Below, piece by piece: positions 13,004-25,740 of a stretch of DNA of 64,000 nt. The translations under genes and the position numbers were made by a program. Source of the DNA: Lingula anatina (taxonomy: Eukaryota; Animalia; Brachiopoda); the NCBI GenBank assembly GCA_051362555.1, contig CM120641.1, positions 11,842,001-11,906,000 of the forward strand, written 5' to 3'. Positions within the stretch are counted from its first letter, which is position 1, and each line of letters starts with the position of its first letter. The notes under the pieces were generated by a model. The model saw only the letters and a program-made list of their open reading frames with translations. It was not told the origin of the DNA and searched no databases.

Positions 13004-15532
13004 CAAATAAAAGACATATGACCTGCCCGTGTACATGATGAAAACTAAGTGTACATGTATTGCACAGAAATGTTAGGTATAAAAAGATGATACACATTAT
13101 TGGGCACTCCAGGTGCCATGTTCACCCTTTTGTATATAAATATTGAAGAGAGAAATACCCATTGCTCATGGTACAAACTTGGAGAAATTTGCTCATGAGC
13201 TGTAACCACAGGATGTAACCACAGACCATACAATTATAATTTTGCTCGAAACTGAATGACCTAAAAGATCAAAGCTAAAATCTGTCCATCCTCTATTATT
13301 TATGTATCCTCTAAAGTTCACCTCTTCAGCTCCTTCATTCACCACCTGGACAGCGGGTCATTATCTTTCCCCTCTCTCACCTATCAGTCTGTCCATCTCT
13401 CAGTCTCCCAGGCATACAGTTTAATTGCACTGAATTTTATCATCTCCTCATGCATTAAGTAGGTTTCTATGGAGCCTGTTTTATATGAGGAGGATACCTA
13501 GCCAAGAAATTCTTGACCTGGAAATATCTGTGCCCAAGCATGTGTGTGCACGTACGCACTTATGCACACAAACACACACACAGTGACATGTGAATGTGTT
13601 GCCTTAAATATTTTTAGTGTGAAGTGTTGAAGTGAGAAGAATACATGAATACTTTTATAAATGCTATATAGATTATTTCCCAACCATTTTGCCATGTTAG
13701 TCCTACAGATAGGATTGCCCTGTAAGGGTTGAGATAAGGACAATAGTTTTATTACTCATTCCCTTGTTACTTGATAGTGCTTATTAATAATCATATTAAT
13801 AGACAGGATGGACATTGTCTAATCCTCTTACTGTTCTTTCAATCATCTCTGAACAGCACAGATAAAACAGTTTTAACTATTAAGTTTGATCTGAACAGCA
13901 CAGATAAAACAGTTTAAACTATTAAGTTTGACAAGTTTTCCATCAGATTTTGAACTTTGGAGTCATAGTGGAAACAAAAGGGGACACTTTTTCATCTGGC
14001 TTTTAAAAGATTTGTTTGGCATAACCTTTTCCTATGATCTTTGTTTTCTGTTACTTATTTCATATCTTTATTTCAATGAAGAAGCACCTAAGGTGATAAT
14101 GTCATATTGAATGATCACTGTAGTTACCATGCTTTGTTTGCTGTTTATAGCTCCCTGGAGATGGCACCTTGGGTGTGGTCCCCCCTCATGTGCAGGCCAG
14201 CCCCAGGATGAAGTACAAGGCTCTCTCAGAGAGGAGCACCTCCAGTGAAAGCTTTCCAGTAAGTTGAAATGGAATTTGTAGCAAAATGTCTGGAATATTT
14301 TTCTGTCAGAAATCCGAAAAGATATACCTGTAATGAAAGCTTTTTCTGCTTTTAGCCAGATGATAAAATAATTCGATGTTCACACTATTGAAAGTGCTGG
14401 AACCAAAATACAAAACACTATACTCTACTATTATGTGGTTGTTTTAAATGATAAGGAAAACATGCTTTCAGAGTAAACAATTATTTTAGATTATTTAAAA
14501 AAGAAACGCTACAGTGAATATCCTATTTGATTTTTGTAGGTTCAGATCAGTGAGGGTGGCAAGTACCGCCAGCTATCTGAGAGGAGCGCTTGCAGTGAAC
14601 CCAGAGTTCGCCCCACAGTACCTGTGGAGCCACCTCCTGGCCAACCAGAAATCGAGGATGAGGAAGTATTTACTTCTATTCCTGAAGAAAGCGAACCTGT
14701 GGCACCCATCCTAATTCAACCTGGAAAGGAAAAGCTCCCAGAATATAGCAATTATAACACAGACGAAGTTGACGCAAGTAAGCTCCCTCCCCCACCGCTA
14801 GAGCTCTTGGAGGCACCTCTCTATGATAATCTGGGAGGTCGGGACCCACCTAAAAGTATTTCAGATGGTGCTATTTGTAATGGACAAAGTATGTCTGCTG
14901 TAAAGAACAGTAAAAGTGACAGTGATACATTATCAAAAAAAAGCGAAATGGTTTTCATTAATCCAAGTTTCAATAATGATGAGACCAGCAGCAATTACAA
15001 CCCCGAAAGTGAGGAGAATACAAACAACAGTAACTACTATACACTCCAAAGCCATCATCCAAAGAAACATATAAAGCCTAGGGTATCCATTCCTCGCAGT
15101 CAAAGTTTCAAGCCTCCAGTGAGTCCAAAGCCACAGTGGTTATCAAGGCCTGCAGTCAGTGGTGATGGTTCAAATGGTTGTGACCCCAGTATGGAAGTAG
15201 GCCGACCAGTGTGGCAGCTTGTAGACCAGTATGAGCAGAACAGCATGAGCTTGCCCAGGAAATGGCATCCAAGGGACCAGCAGGCCATTCCCAGGAGCAA
15301 GACTTTTGATCAGCCAAACAAAGGCAAGAATGGTTACCATGACAACAGTGAAGTCGTCCTGCCTCCAAGTCACAGTCATCCACTGACATTAGACGCCTAT
15401 AATGATCTCCCTGCTAATGGTTTTTACGGCAGCACATGGGACAGAGATGGAACTGAGAATGGAAATTATGATAACATTTTGTATGCCACCCTCCCCAAAC
15501 ATGGCTACGAAGAGACAACTACGGCTTTTTAG
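1556..15532 (+). CDS. Uncharacterised type I single-pass membrane protein (~602 aa): signal peptide, N-glycosylated and Ser/Thr-rich ectodomain, TM helix, tyrosine-motif-rich cytoplasmic tail
   Basis: Exons 1556-1600 (MRTFYLLVAVLLYSQ; donor CAG|GCAAGT), 2037-2623, 5270-5345, 14151-14258 and 14540-15532 join with phases 0,2,0,0, giving 1809 nt without internal stops. TM GLGLGIGAALLILILVAVVLFIVC is followed by basic RRTRKNK across the exon 2/3 junction. Confidence 0.8.
5535..5567. repeat. (CA)n microsatellite
   Basis: Read directly from the sequence. Confidence 0.95.
10082..10121. repeat. Perfect 18-bp inverted repeat (hairpin with 4-nt loop)
   Basis: AGGCGCAATGCCAGTAAT-CTAT-ATTACTGGCATTGCGCCT. 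Confidence 0.9.
12964..13002. repeat. (CACG)n/(CA)n microsatellite
   Basis: Read directly from the sequence. Confidence 0.9.
13848..13931. repeat. Tandem duplication, 2 x 42 bp
   Basis: TCTGAACAGCACAGATAAAACAGTTTWAACTATTAAGTTTGA occurs twice with one mismatch. Confidence 0.9.
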
Positions 15533-17020
15533 GTGTAGAAGTGTTCTGTGCTTCGTTTGTTCTCAGAAGCTATGCATAAGATGATGCATTGTAAACAGTA
15601 TTTAGTTTGCTATTTGAAGTTTGAAAAAAAATGCACCGCTATTATTGCTCTTTTATTTTTTTCACTTCATTTCTTGAATGGGTGCACTCTGGTGACAGCA
15701 AGTAAAGCAAAGAACAAAGAAAATGATTGTGTTCATTTATTAATTTTTGTATTTTCAGTTTAAGAATTGTGTAATTTACACCAGTGGTATTTTAGTTTGT
15801 CAATAACCTAAGGTAATTACGTTTGTTCTTTGCTAATACATTTTGCTAATAGTCAAAATCTTTTAACACTGGATGAAAAAATATATTTTTTAAAATGATA
15901 ATTATTTTATTTTAGGATCAAAGAAATCCATATTTATGACTAATGGAGATTTAAAGAAACTAAATTGTCCCTATTCTTTATATTAATATTCTTGTGATTA
16001 GCTTGGATTTATGTAAAAAAAATGGTTATTTGTTACAACACTACAAGTGTTCCTGATCTGACGCATAATTTTTTTTCATGTTCATTCCATTCTGTTGCTC
16101 ACTATATATGCATGCATGAGTCATATGCCATTGGAGATTTTATCTGATAGCAGAGAAAGGAAGCTTCATGCGGTAAGATTATGCAGCACTTAACAGATTT
16201 TTTTTCTCGCAGCTGCAATGAGGAAGAGGGAAGTGGCAAATCTAGCCACGTTTGTTCTGAAAAACTAGATGCCTTTTATCTTGTTTCACAAGCTTTATTT
16301 TATCAGCTTTGCTATAGCCTGATGTAATAAGAACCTGCAGAAGGTCACAGCTTTGCCTCTGAAGATATATCTTTTGCATAATAAATGACTTTACCTGTAG
16401 ACCTAATATGATTAATTAATCTAAAGGTAGGGTGAGACAATAGCATGAATTGTTCAGGTAAATACAGCACCTGGTGTATCAGCTAGAGGAAATGTTGGTT
16501 CACCCAGCAGGTTGGTACTGCTGGAGGTTTCTTTTGTGTTGCCAAGCAGCTTGCCTAGATTATTCCAATAAATGTGAACTTCTGACATGGACTGCTATTT
16601 AAGCTTGGATATATTATTTTGCTGTATATTTTTTTATTTAAGAAAATGAAATACTGGTAGCTTATTTGTTGCTGAATTTTTTTTTTTTTCTGAAAGAAAT
16701 CTGAAGGCAATATTTAAAGAAAAAAGTTATTCAGTCTGATTGTGCCTTTTCAATTTTTTGTTATAAGTTTTAACATAAAGCAAATAGGGCTTTGGTATTA
16801 ATTGAAATCCAGAACTGGTGCTAATGTTCTGCTCAAATGGTTATTTTTAAAGTGGCAATAAAGTGTATTTTGCTATTTACAATGCTTCCTCATTTTATAG
16901 GATGTGTTCACATTAAATACCACCCTGGATTGAAAATGGACTAAACGGTGTCAGTGCAATGGAATGGTCTCTTCAGTATACTTGGTTGCTTATGGATAAG
17001 ACTTCAAAAACTGCTACTTA

Positions 17021-17278
17021 GGCTTCATTCACATGCAATGTCTATTTTCTAAATTCTATTTTCTATTCGCGGTATGTCTTATGATCACGGTCTGTGCCCT
17101 GAATATCCCGCGGCGTAATTACTGGCAGCGCGAGCCAGTTACTATAAGTTACTATAAGTAACTGGCTTGCGCTGCCAGTAATTACGCGGCGGGATATTCA
17201 GGGCACAGACCGTGATCATAAGATAGCGCGAATAGAAAATAGATTTTTAGAAAATAGACATTCCATGTGAACGAAGCC
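17021..17278. mobile_element. Palindromic MITE, PIF/Harbinger-type (258 bp), TSD TTA
   Basis: Almost the whole element is an inverted repeat (GGCTTCATTCACATG...CATGTGAACGAAGCC), flanked by TTA/TTA. A second copy lies at 63380-63637. A 3-bp TWA TSD with GGC termini is typical of PIF/Harbinger. Confidence 0.9.
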
Positions 17279-18077
17279 TTAGTCCAAGTCTTGTCTGATT
17301 TTGTTCTTCACTGTGAGCATGAATAGTGAGAGAGAGAGAGAGGACAGAGAGAATTTGGGAAATGGCAGATAGCCAAGCTGGCATATGAAGTTATGTAAAA
17401 CATAAAGCAACAAGATATTTGATTTGATATTTTTATTATTAAAAGGGAAAACAAAATTTTGTGAGGCAAACTGTCCTAGTTTTTGGTAGAAATATAAAAA
17501 TCATTGTAGTTAATAAATGTCAGGTCTTTGGTTTAAATCTTTAAAGGTACACTGAATTGCACTAAGACTAAGCTTTTTTTTATTCATGAATACCATGTCT
17601 AAATTACTTTTAAAACATTGCACTGTGTCTTAGAACTAAATCCATCTATACAACATCCAGAAACAGAAACAGTAAAGAAAAACTTTGCATTCTATATCTG
17701 TGCAAGAGAGGTTGTACAGTTTGTTTCTTTACCATCATTAACATCTACATCTGTTCTATATCATTCTATGAAATCATTAAGTAAATTGAGCAAGTATCAA
17801 TTGTTTGTATAGTATAAATAACAGTTGAGCAAAATTTCATTTTCATTGGTCCACTAGTTGACACAAAAGATGTGTTTCAATGTTCAATCACATTTAAATC
17901 AAAACATAAACAATAGAGAATACATGCTACGACTCCAGGAATTCAAATAAAATACAAAAACCAAATGCCCTCTTAGCAAGTTACACCAAGAAGACACATT
18001 TTCCTACATGTATCACCTTAAGTCTCCAACTGTTCTAACTGAAGTATCACTTGAAAGGTTAATATGCTAGGTCTAAT

Positions 18078-21000
18078 TTAGGAGCGAGCTGTCATTGCTT
18101 TTAAATTGACTGGTGGCAGACTGTCCACTGCTGTCCGGTTGTGGTCAGGTGAAGGATGTGGTGGCAGGTAAGAGTGGACACTGGGCACTTTTTGAACCAG
18201 CTTGGGTAAGGTGGTGACATCTGAGGTCTGAAAAAACAGACTGAAATTTTAGATGCAAACCTGAGTATAGTAACAATTTATACCGAGACAACAAAGCCTG
18301 ATTTGATTCAATCATTTATTCTACACTTCATAAGGAGTAAATGGATGTTATCTTATAGTCTTTTGAACATATTTCCATTTTTTTAAATTTCAAAATTATT
18401 TTCCCTTCATATCAACAAACAAATCTAAAAATGAAGAAGGCATATTATGCATTCTATGCCATAAGAATGATTTAAGAACCCAGCTAGTCAGTGGTATCAT
18501 CAAAAACATCAAGCCTATGTAAAAATAAGGAAGTAAGCAAATTTCTATAATTCAAAATGTTTTGATTAAAACCATGAATATCATCTCCCATTTTTAAATC
18601 TGTTCATCAATCACACAGAACAGTTCCTGTGTCTCACTAATTTATCAATTTAACAAATAAGTGTAAAGTGCATTTAAAGCAGCCAGTGTCTAAGGGTGCG
18701 TTCACAATGGATCTATCATACTAGCTGGTGCCCATTAACTCCACGAGGACTGTAGCTGAATGCAATCACATTAACAGACCTCCTCTTGTTTCCAATGTAC
18801 TCGTATAATCACTACCTTTTCACTATTCCACTCATTGACAGAAGGAGGCGTTGTAAATCTGTTAATGTGACTGCATCCAGTAATAGTCCCTATGGCTTTA
18901 GTGTGCACAGCTAGTATAATAGATTCACTGTGAATGAACCCTCTGAAGTGTCCACATCCCTAATAGTCAAAACCCATGCAAAAGGATATGGACACACGAG
19001 ATCCCCAAAATTTATCCATTCAGCTATTCTAAAACCTAATCTCTCTTTCAATGACATATACTTTTATGCCATTATACAGAAGGATTAGGATCGGATAATG
19101 TTTTATTGATTTTAATTAATTATTAATTAAAATATACCATATGCAATTTTCAATGTGTAAGCCATCATTGTGAAATATTTGAAGAAATTTTTATATATCC
19201 ATTTCCTATTTTGTCATTAGCAAATGTCATAAATTAGTTTAGTCATGGTGACATCAGCTGCTCAACATTTGTAGCACCCTTATTTACATCACTGACTTTT
19301 CTGTCAACAATTTAAATATTTACCTTTTTAAGCTTTTATTGTTTTTTTTTTCTTATTAATTTATTAACTATTTTTTAATGACCAACAGAAGGCAAAGGTA
19401 TACAACTAGGTGAATTGGTATAAAACTAGGCAGAGTGGTATACTAGACAAGCACCATGCAACCTTTTCAAAGCAGACAACAATGACTCATATGTTCAGTT
19501 CTAGCTCATCCAGTGCCCTGCCCAAGGAAATGAACACCACATGCAACTTTTATAACCATCTAGGATTTCTACATATGCAGGAGTTATTTTTTAAGAACCA
19601 TAAGTGAAATTAGCTATAATTAAAGGCCAAGGATCAAATTAAAACTTTAACCATTGATGAAATTTCTGCAAATACTTGGATGGTAAAATCTTTGGTTAAA
19701 AAAGAAACGGTTTTCATTATTATGGAATTAACTTTTGATTATTGGTCAAAGCAGCTAAACCAAATTGATCTTCAACAAGAGAAACTTTTCTCTTGCAGGA
19801 GGAGATATGTACAGTGTTAGTTGTATCTGCATTACAAAGACACCAGGATCAAAAATTTTGTTTCTGAATCAGTTTAAATCCTTTTCACCAGACATGCTTG
19901 AGATAAACAATCATTCCAGTTATAAGGTGTCAATTTATGTGAAATCAACTGTTTAAAAATATTTTAGGGTTATTGACAAGGTTCATTCTAAGCTCTACAT
20001 TATAGCAGCCTAGGTCAGAGCATGGTGAGCATGCAAAACATTCCTGCTGACCTACTCCTGTCTGCACCCACCTCGCAGGAATTGTGTGGTGTTAGCAGTT
20101 AACTGCTTATTGTGTAGATAACGTGTAATCTAAAGAAATTATAAAAACAAAACAGCATCAAACCCCATCAAAAATACAAAAAGAAAAACAATGTGTTAGT
20201 TAATATTTAGAAATAATATACTACTCTTAAGTAACCAAATTAAATTCCACAGAAATGCTGAAAATAAAACTGGAAGCAATAAATACAATAACTGAACACT
20301 AGGTGAAATTGTGTTAGTTGAGACACTAACGGGTGTGTTAGGTGAGATTTTCACCAATGTGGGTCAATGTTCAAGGATCAAGCTATCCTTTTATCCTTTA
20401 TATCAAAATTATATATTTAAAAATGTTTCCAATCTTACCGAAGTAAAATGGTGCATCTTCTTTTTGGCTAGATTATAATATTCACAGTAGTGGTTGTGCT
20501 GCTTAGCAGTGTCTGCATCTCCCAGCCTGGAGCGTCTACCTGGAGGAGGAGGGAGGGGAGACTCCCATCTATAGGTAACTTTCGGTATTTCTTGTTCTGC
20601 TGCAGACCTATAAAGATAAGCATATCTATTTGAAAAAACATGACTACGATAAATTTTTCATTACTCAGCAATGGCATTCTTTTAGTAGTGTCACATAAAT
20701 TCGGATGTTTTCCTTGACTGTTTAGAGGTTCAAAAATTCTCATGAACTACATAAACACAGGCGATCAAGTGTGTTAGGTGTGCCAACGTGTTGAGACAGC
20801 AGTGTGTTGGGTGTGATCTGCACATTACTTGGCACTCTCTATCAGCTTCAGCTCATGCAGTTTGACTAGCTGGGGAAAACGCGTCACAGAAGAAGAGGAG
20901 GTAGGTGGAGCACGTATGACTGCTTCCAGGTGTTTCTTTGGCTGCTGACGTTTACGCCACTGCTGGTAGCGAAAGTTTGACAGAGGTACAGGAACATTGG

Positions 21001-21735
21001 TTGTCCAATTCATGTTCAGGATACCATACTTGCTATGTCCAAATGTTCTGAAAGTAAATTTCACTCCTGAATGTTAGCATGTATTAGTTAAGAAATTTTG
21101 GATGGTTCAGTTTCTGCTTGGGTATTTGGTGTTTAAATGTAGTCATTCTTCATATAAGAATATTTCCACATGCCAATTTAATATGTCTACAAACTCATAA
21201 TTGAAATCAATTTGATACTAGAAGATTATTTGTTTCTGCAATGAAAAAGTTAAGAAGTGCACATATATACTATATTTTCATAAATATAAACCAACATTTG
21301 TTTGATCAATGAAATACCATTCACTTCAGAGTTTTATCATAAAGTGTTGTATCAAATCTCCTTACTCTGAGGTGGTATGCATCCCCAGCCTTCCTGGCAT
21401 GGCAGATATGAAGTGTCTGCTATCTTCAGCTTCTTGCAGCTGCAGAAAAAAAGCAGAAAAATATCTGTATTCAGCATACACTTACACTAAATAATATCCT
21501 TTTAACCTTGTTGCAGGAGTTATGACAAAAGGCAGTTTATCAGATTGCTTACAACTTGCCAGACTGACCTTATTGCCTCAATTATTGTTTAAAATAACAG
21601 AAACACTGGACTATAATTAAATGACAGAGTTTTGTGATCCTCTTCCCTTGTCTCTTGATCAGTTTTTGTTTCAAACAATCAGTTTAAATCATTCTCAATA
21701 AGTTGCCCATCCCTTGATCATACATCAGTAATGTA

Positions 21736-21787
<52 letters not shown>

Positions 21788-24700
21788 CTCTTTTGTTTAC
21801 CTTGTCTCCAGATATTGTAATAGTGTGTAGCAGCCGGACCCCAGCATCCCCAGGAACAAATTGCACTCTCTTGTGCTTGATGTATGAGACCTCAGTCTGG
21901 GGCAGAGGCTTGTGCTTGCCATGAGCGATGTCCTCCTTCACTTCTGCTATTCTCTTCCTGTCCAGGGCTGACGTCCTCTCAAAAAACTGTCTCCAGTTGT
22001 CTGAAAGCAGATTTAACTTTGTTGACAGAGATATCAAAATTACTGTTGTCATTTTATGAGCACAATTTGTGATTGAATAATAGCAATTGTAGATTTTTTA
22101 ATGCAAGTTTTTTCTAATAAAAATAGTTGAAAACTCTAATAAATGAGTGGGTAAACATAAAAAATATGTTTCAGTCCTCATCTCAATACTTTGTTAACCA
22201 CAACTTATTTTTATGCCATCCCTGCACCGGGTTATTTCCTTGTGAACCCAGAAAAAATGATGACCTTTTAAATGTTACAGAAGCAGTCCCATGCAATTCT
22301 GCTTCATGTTTAACTTGGAAGAAGTACGATACTTCCCATTCAACACGCAAAGGAAAAACCAACATGCAAATTAAGGTACATGTAGAACATGAACTATTGA
22401 AAAATGTGGAATTATACACATGTATATTTAAATCGAAACTTCAACTGGCAACCCAATATTCCTATACATGAAACCATACATGCCACATGCTTATTTTGTT
22501 TATAAATAAAATGCACAGCTAGAAATTTGTTAAGTCATTAACTCATTGTATATTTTCCATGCATCATGAAGACCCAGTCATGCAAATTGCACTCAAGCTG
22601 AAATATAACAGAGGATAGCCCTGAAATGCCACCAACAAGCTGAAATAAGTTAAACATTTCATATGATGTAATTTCTTAAGGCCATGCACCATGCCACTGC
22701 ACATCATGCCAGCGCTTTACCAGCATCTTTACTGTCTTCGGCCTCAAGGTCGACAGAAAAACTTGGCAATTCTTCAAACGATTCCATGTCTTCAATATCA
22801 AGTCCAATATCACCAATATCAGGAATGCTAAGAGAGTTACTCTCATCATCAAAATGTCCGAGAGAGGAGGAGATGGATTCTTGGAATGCAGAAGTTACAG
22901 TTAAAAACCTGCTTTAAGTTTAAGCATTTTTGTCTTATAATGTCGATAAACAATGGCTAGGTAACCAGAAAAAAGCACTGTATAAAATGAAAGCCAGCTA
23001 TGGCATGAGCATCTGCCTCTTTTCTGCTGAAACTGTACATTGAATATGCATCAAACAGTATATTAACTTTTATATTAGATTTAAAAAAAAACATTAATGA
23101 GAAGTCTTATGAAACCCAATATGGAACTTCTAATTAAATAACTGATGGCACTTATGGATATAGCCTACAGTGTAGAGAAAACATAACAAATCTAAGACAC
23201 TGTTCATCTTCACTAAAGTGGCTTAACCTTACCATGTTTGGATCCCTCCTTGGTCAGCAAGGTGATCGACTTGACTGGTGACAGTTGAGGCTCTCCCCTG
23301 CTGACCAGTGATAAGTCTTAAAATGAAACAAAATGACAATTAGTTGTGACTTTTTTTATACAATGATTCTGAATCAAAATTTACTATAATTAACGAGAAG
23401 AAGATCTTTGTACTGCCTTCCATTTTCAGTGTCATATTTTTCACCTCTACTTACTTAAATCTATAATTATTTTAAAATATTATTATGAATTTTCCTCACC
23501 TTGTTTGCTGGTCTCTAGAGTGGACTGGTCAGAGATACAGCTGAACCCAGAGTCATCAGCACTCGTGTAGTCACGGGCCTTCAAGTTCTAAATGGAATTT
23601 TATAACACAAAGTAAGTCAAATAGTCTCCAAATCATAAAATTCAAATGGTTTATAACATCTACAATACTTAATTGTACTGCCTGATCAAAGTTCCTTCCT
23701 TTCTACAGATCCATTTTAACAACTGCATAGTCTACTGAACATTTAAGATGGATTTAGAACTGTAAATAAATTATTATCATTATCAATAATATCATCTAAC
23801 TTTAAAAAAAAAAACATAAATATGTAGCAGTCTTTTTAGTACCAACCTGCAGTGACCCATCCTCCCAGAACTGACTCCCAGGACCTACTGACGCTGAATG
23901 AATATCTGAATCATAATCTGAGAACTTATCATGAAGGTGCTGATGTAGTAGCTTGTTGTCACTGATGGGAGGCAGGGTGGGGAGAGTGCTGACAGTCTCT
24001 TTGTATCTGTCGTCTGCTGCTGCTGATACTGTACTATCAACATTGTCTGATTTCTGTACCACAGGTGGGAGGACCACTGAGGGAGCATGGACTGTGTCCT
24101 CCCCAGGTGTCACCAGGGACACACCTGAGGTGTCATCTGGTTGTGTCACCAAAGGCGCAGGGATGTCTTTTTCTTCTTGTGTGACTAAAGTTTTTGGTGT
24201 GGTAACACCCTTTCTTGTTTCTCCCTCTGGAAAATATTCAGAAATGTTGATATAATTCCATTAGCATCACATTTGTGACACTTTTATACCTTCCATCTGT
24301 GTTTCATTAAAAAAAATTTAGCATATTTGGTTGTTATATCTGTACATGTGCCTTCACTCCAGATATTGTTTGCAAACATTTATGATAAAGGAGATGAGAG
24401 TTTCCTGAAAACTGATAAATTGCAAATGGTTAAACTTCCATCATTTATATTAATTTACTTAATTTTCAAAAAAAAAAAAAAAAAAAAAAAAAGACTATGC
24501 AATAAGTCTTACTTACCACATGAAAAACATATACAGTACCTTAAAACAGTAAATCAGTGCAATAATAACAATAAATCAAATACTAAAATAAAATTCACCT
24601 TCCAAAATTCTTGGCATATAAACAGTAAGTTTTGCTGGCATTGTTCCGGCCCTTTCTTTTCCTTTCAAGTGAAAAAATCTCCAAAACAAGAACACAAGAG

Positions 24701-25686
24701 GCCAACCAACACACTGCCTATCATATATGACAATGTAGTGAATACCAATTACCCCGACTCCAAACTGACCATCTAGTTATGATTTGTTGACCACGGGTCT
24801 GTCTGAGACCCCATGGTTACATGTACATACAGCCAGCCAGTATCCACACTACATCTCCTGTTGATTTTCATCACTCAGATAATAATGCTTATTGATCAAA
24901 CATTTCCTGTAGCCGGGGAAATGACAGTTAAGCTTCTTTAATGATCAATACTATTTTGTGTTATTCACAGTTAATTGGAAAGTGAACATAAACAAGTTTA
25001 ATGGATGAGAATAATCCACTGCCTATACATTCCAGATTTTTTTTATCGCGGATACAAAAGGTTGTTTACAGTGGTGGCTTAATTCTTCTCTTGCATTCAA
25101 TGTTCCCAATTAAGTGATACCATGAAAAATTGAACATAACTTCTAGTTCATAATTAACCAAGAAGGACATAAATCTGTAGTCATAAACTAGTAACCCCAG
25201 ACGACACTTTTCAGAACAAGTCTTCTGTGCGATGCTTCCTATTCTTTCCTATTTTTTTAAAAGGTGAAATATAAATATACTGCTTTGCTATGTTATGACA
25301 TGCTTCTTCATGAAGTTACCATGCATTTTAATTAAAGAAAGCCTAGCTTGACATGCAGATGTAAGTAATAGCGCTGGTTTACAGACAAACAGCACAGGCT
25401 ATGTTCAACATACATGTACATGTATAGTAAAATATATAGTACAAGTGTGGTACATGCTGCATGCAATGGGAAATCATTTCAATCAACCTCTGAACAATTT
25501 CATGCTGAAGATTGTCACTGAGGAGACATGAACACTAAACATTATATAGCCCCTTGTCTTCATGCAAAGCAATCAACATTTAGGGTTTCTGACAAGCCAT
25601 TGCATGACATAGTGTGCAGAAGGTGCACTGCTGGTCCGACAACATTTGACAAAAAATTTGGTAGCGATTAAATTTAACTAACTTTA

Positions 25687-25740
<54 letters not shown>

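Noticed and set aside
15333-15346. RFX X-box-like GTTACCATGACAAC
   Set aside because: Lies inside a coding exon far from any promoter; likely coincidental.
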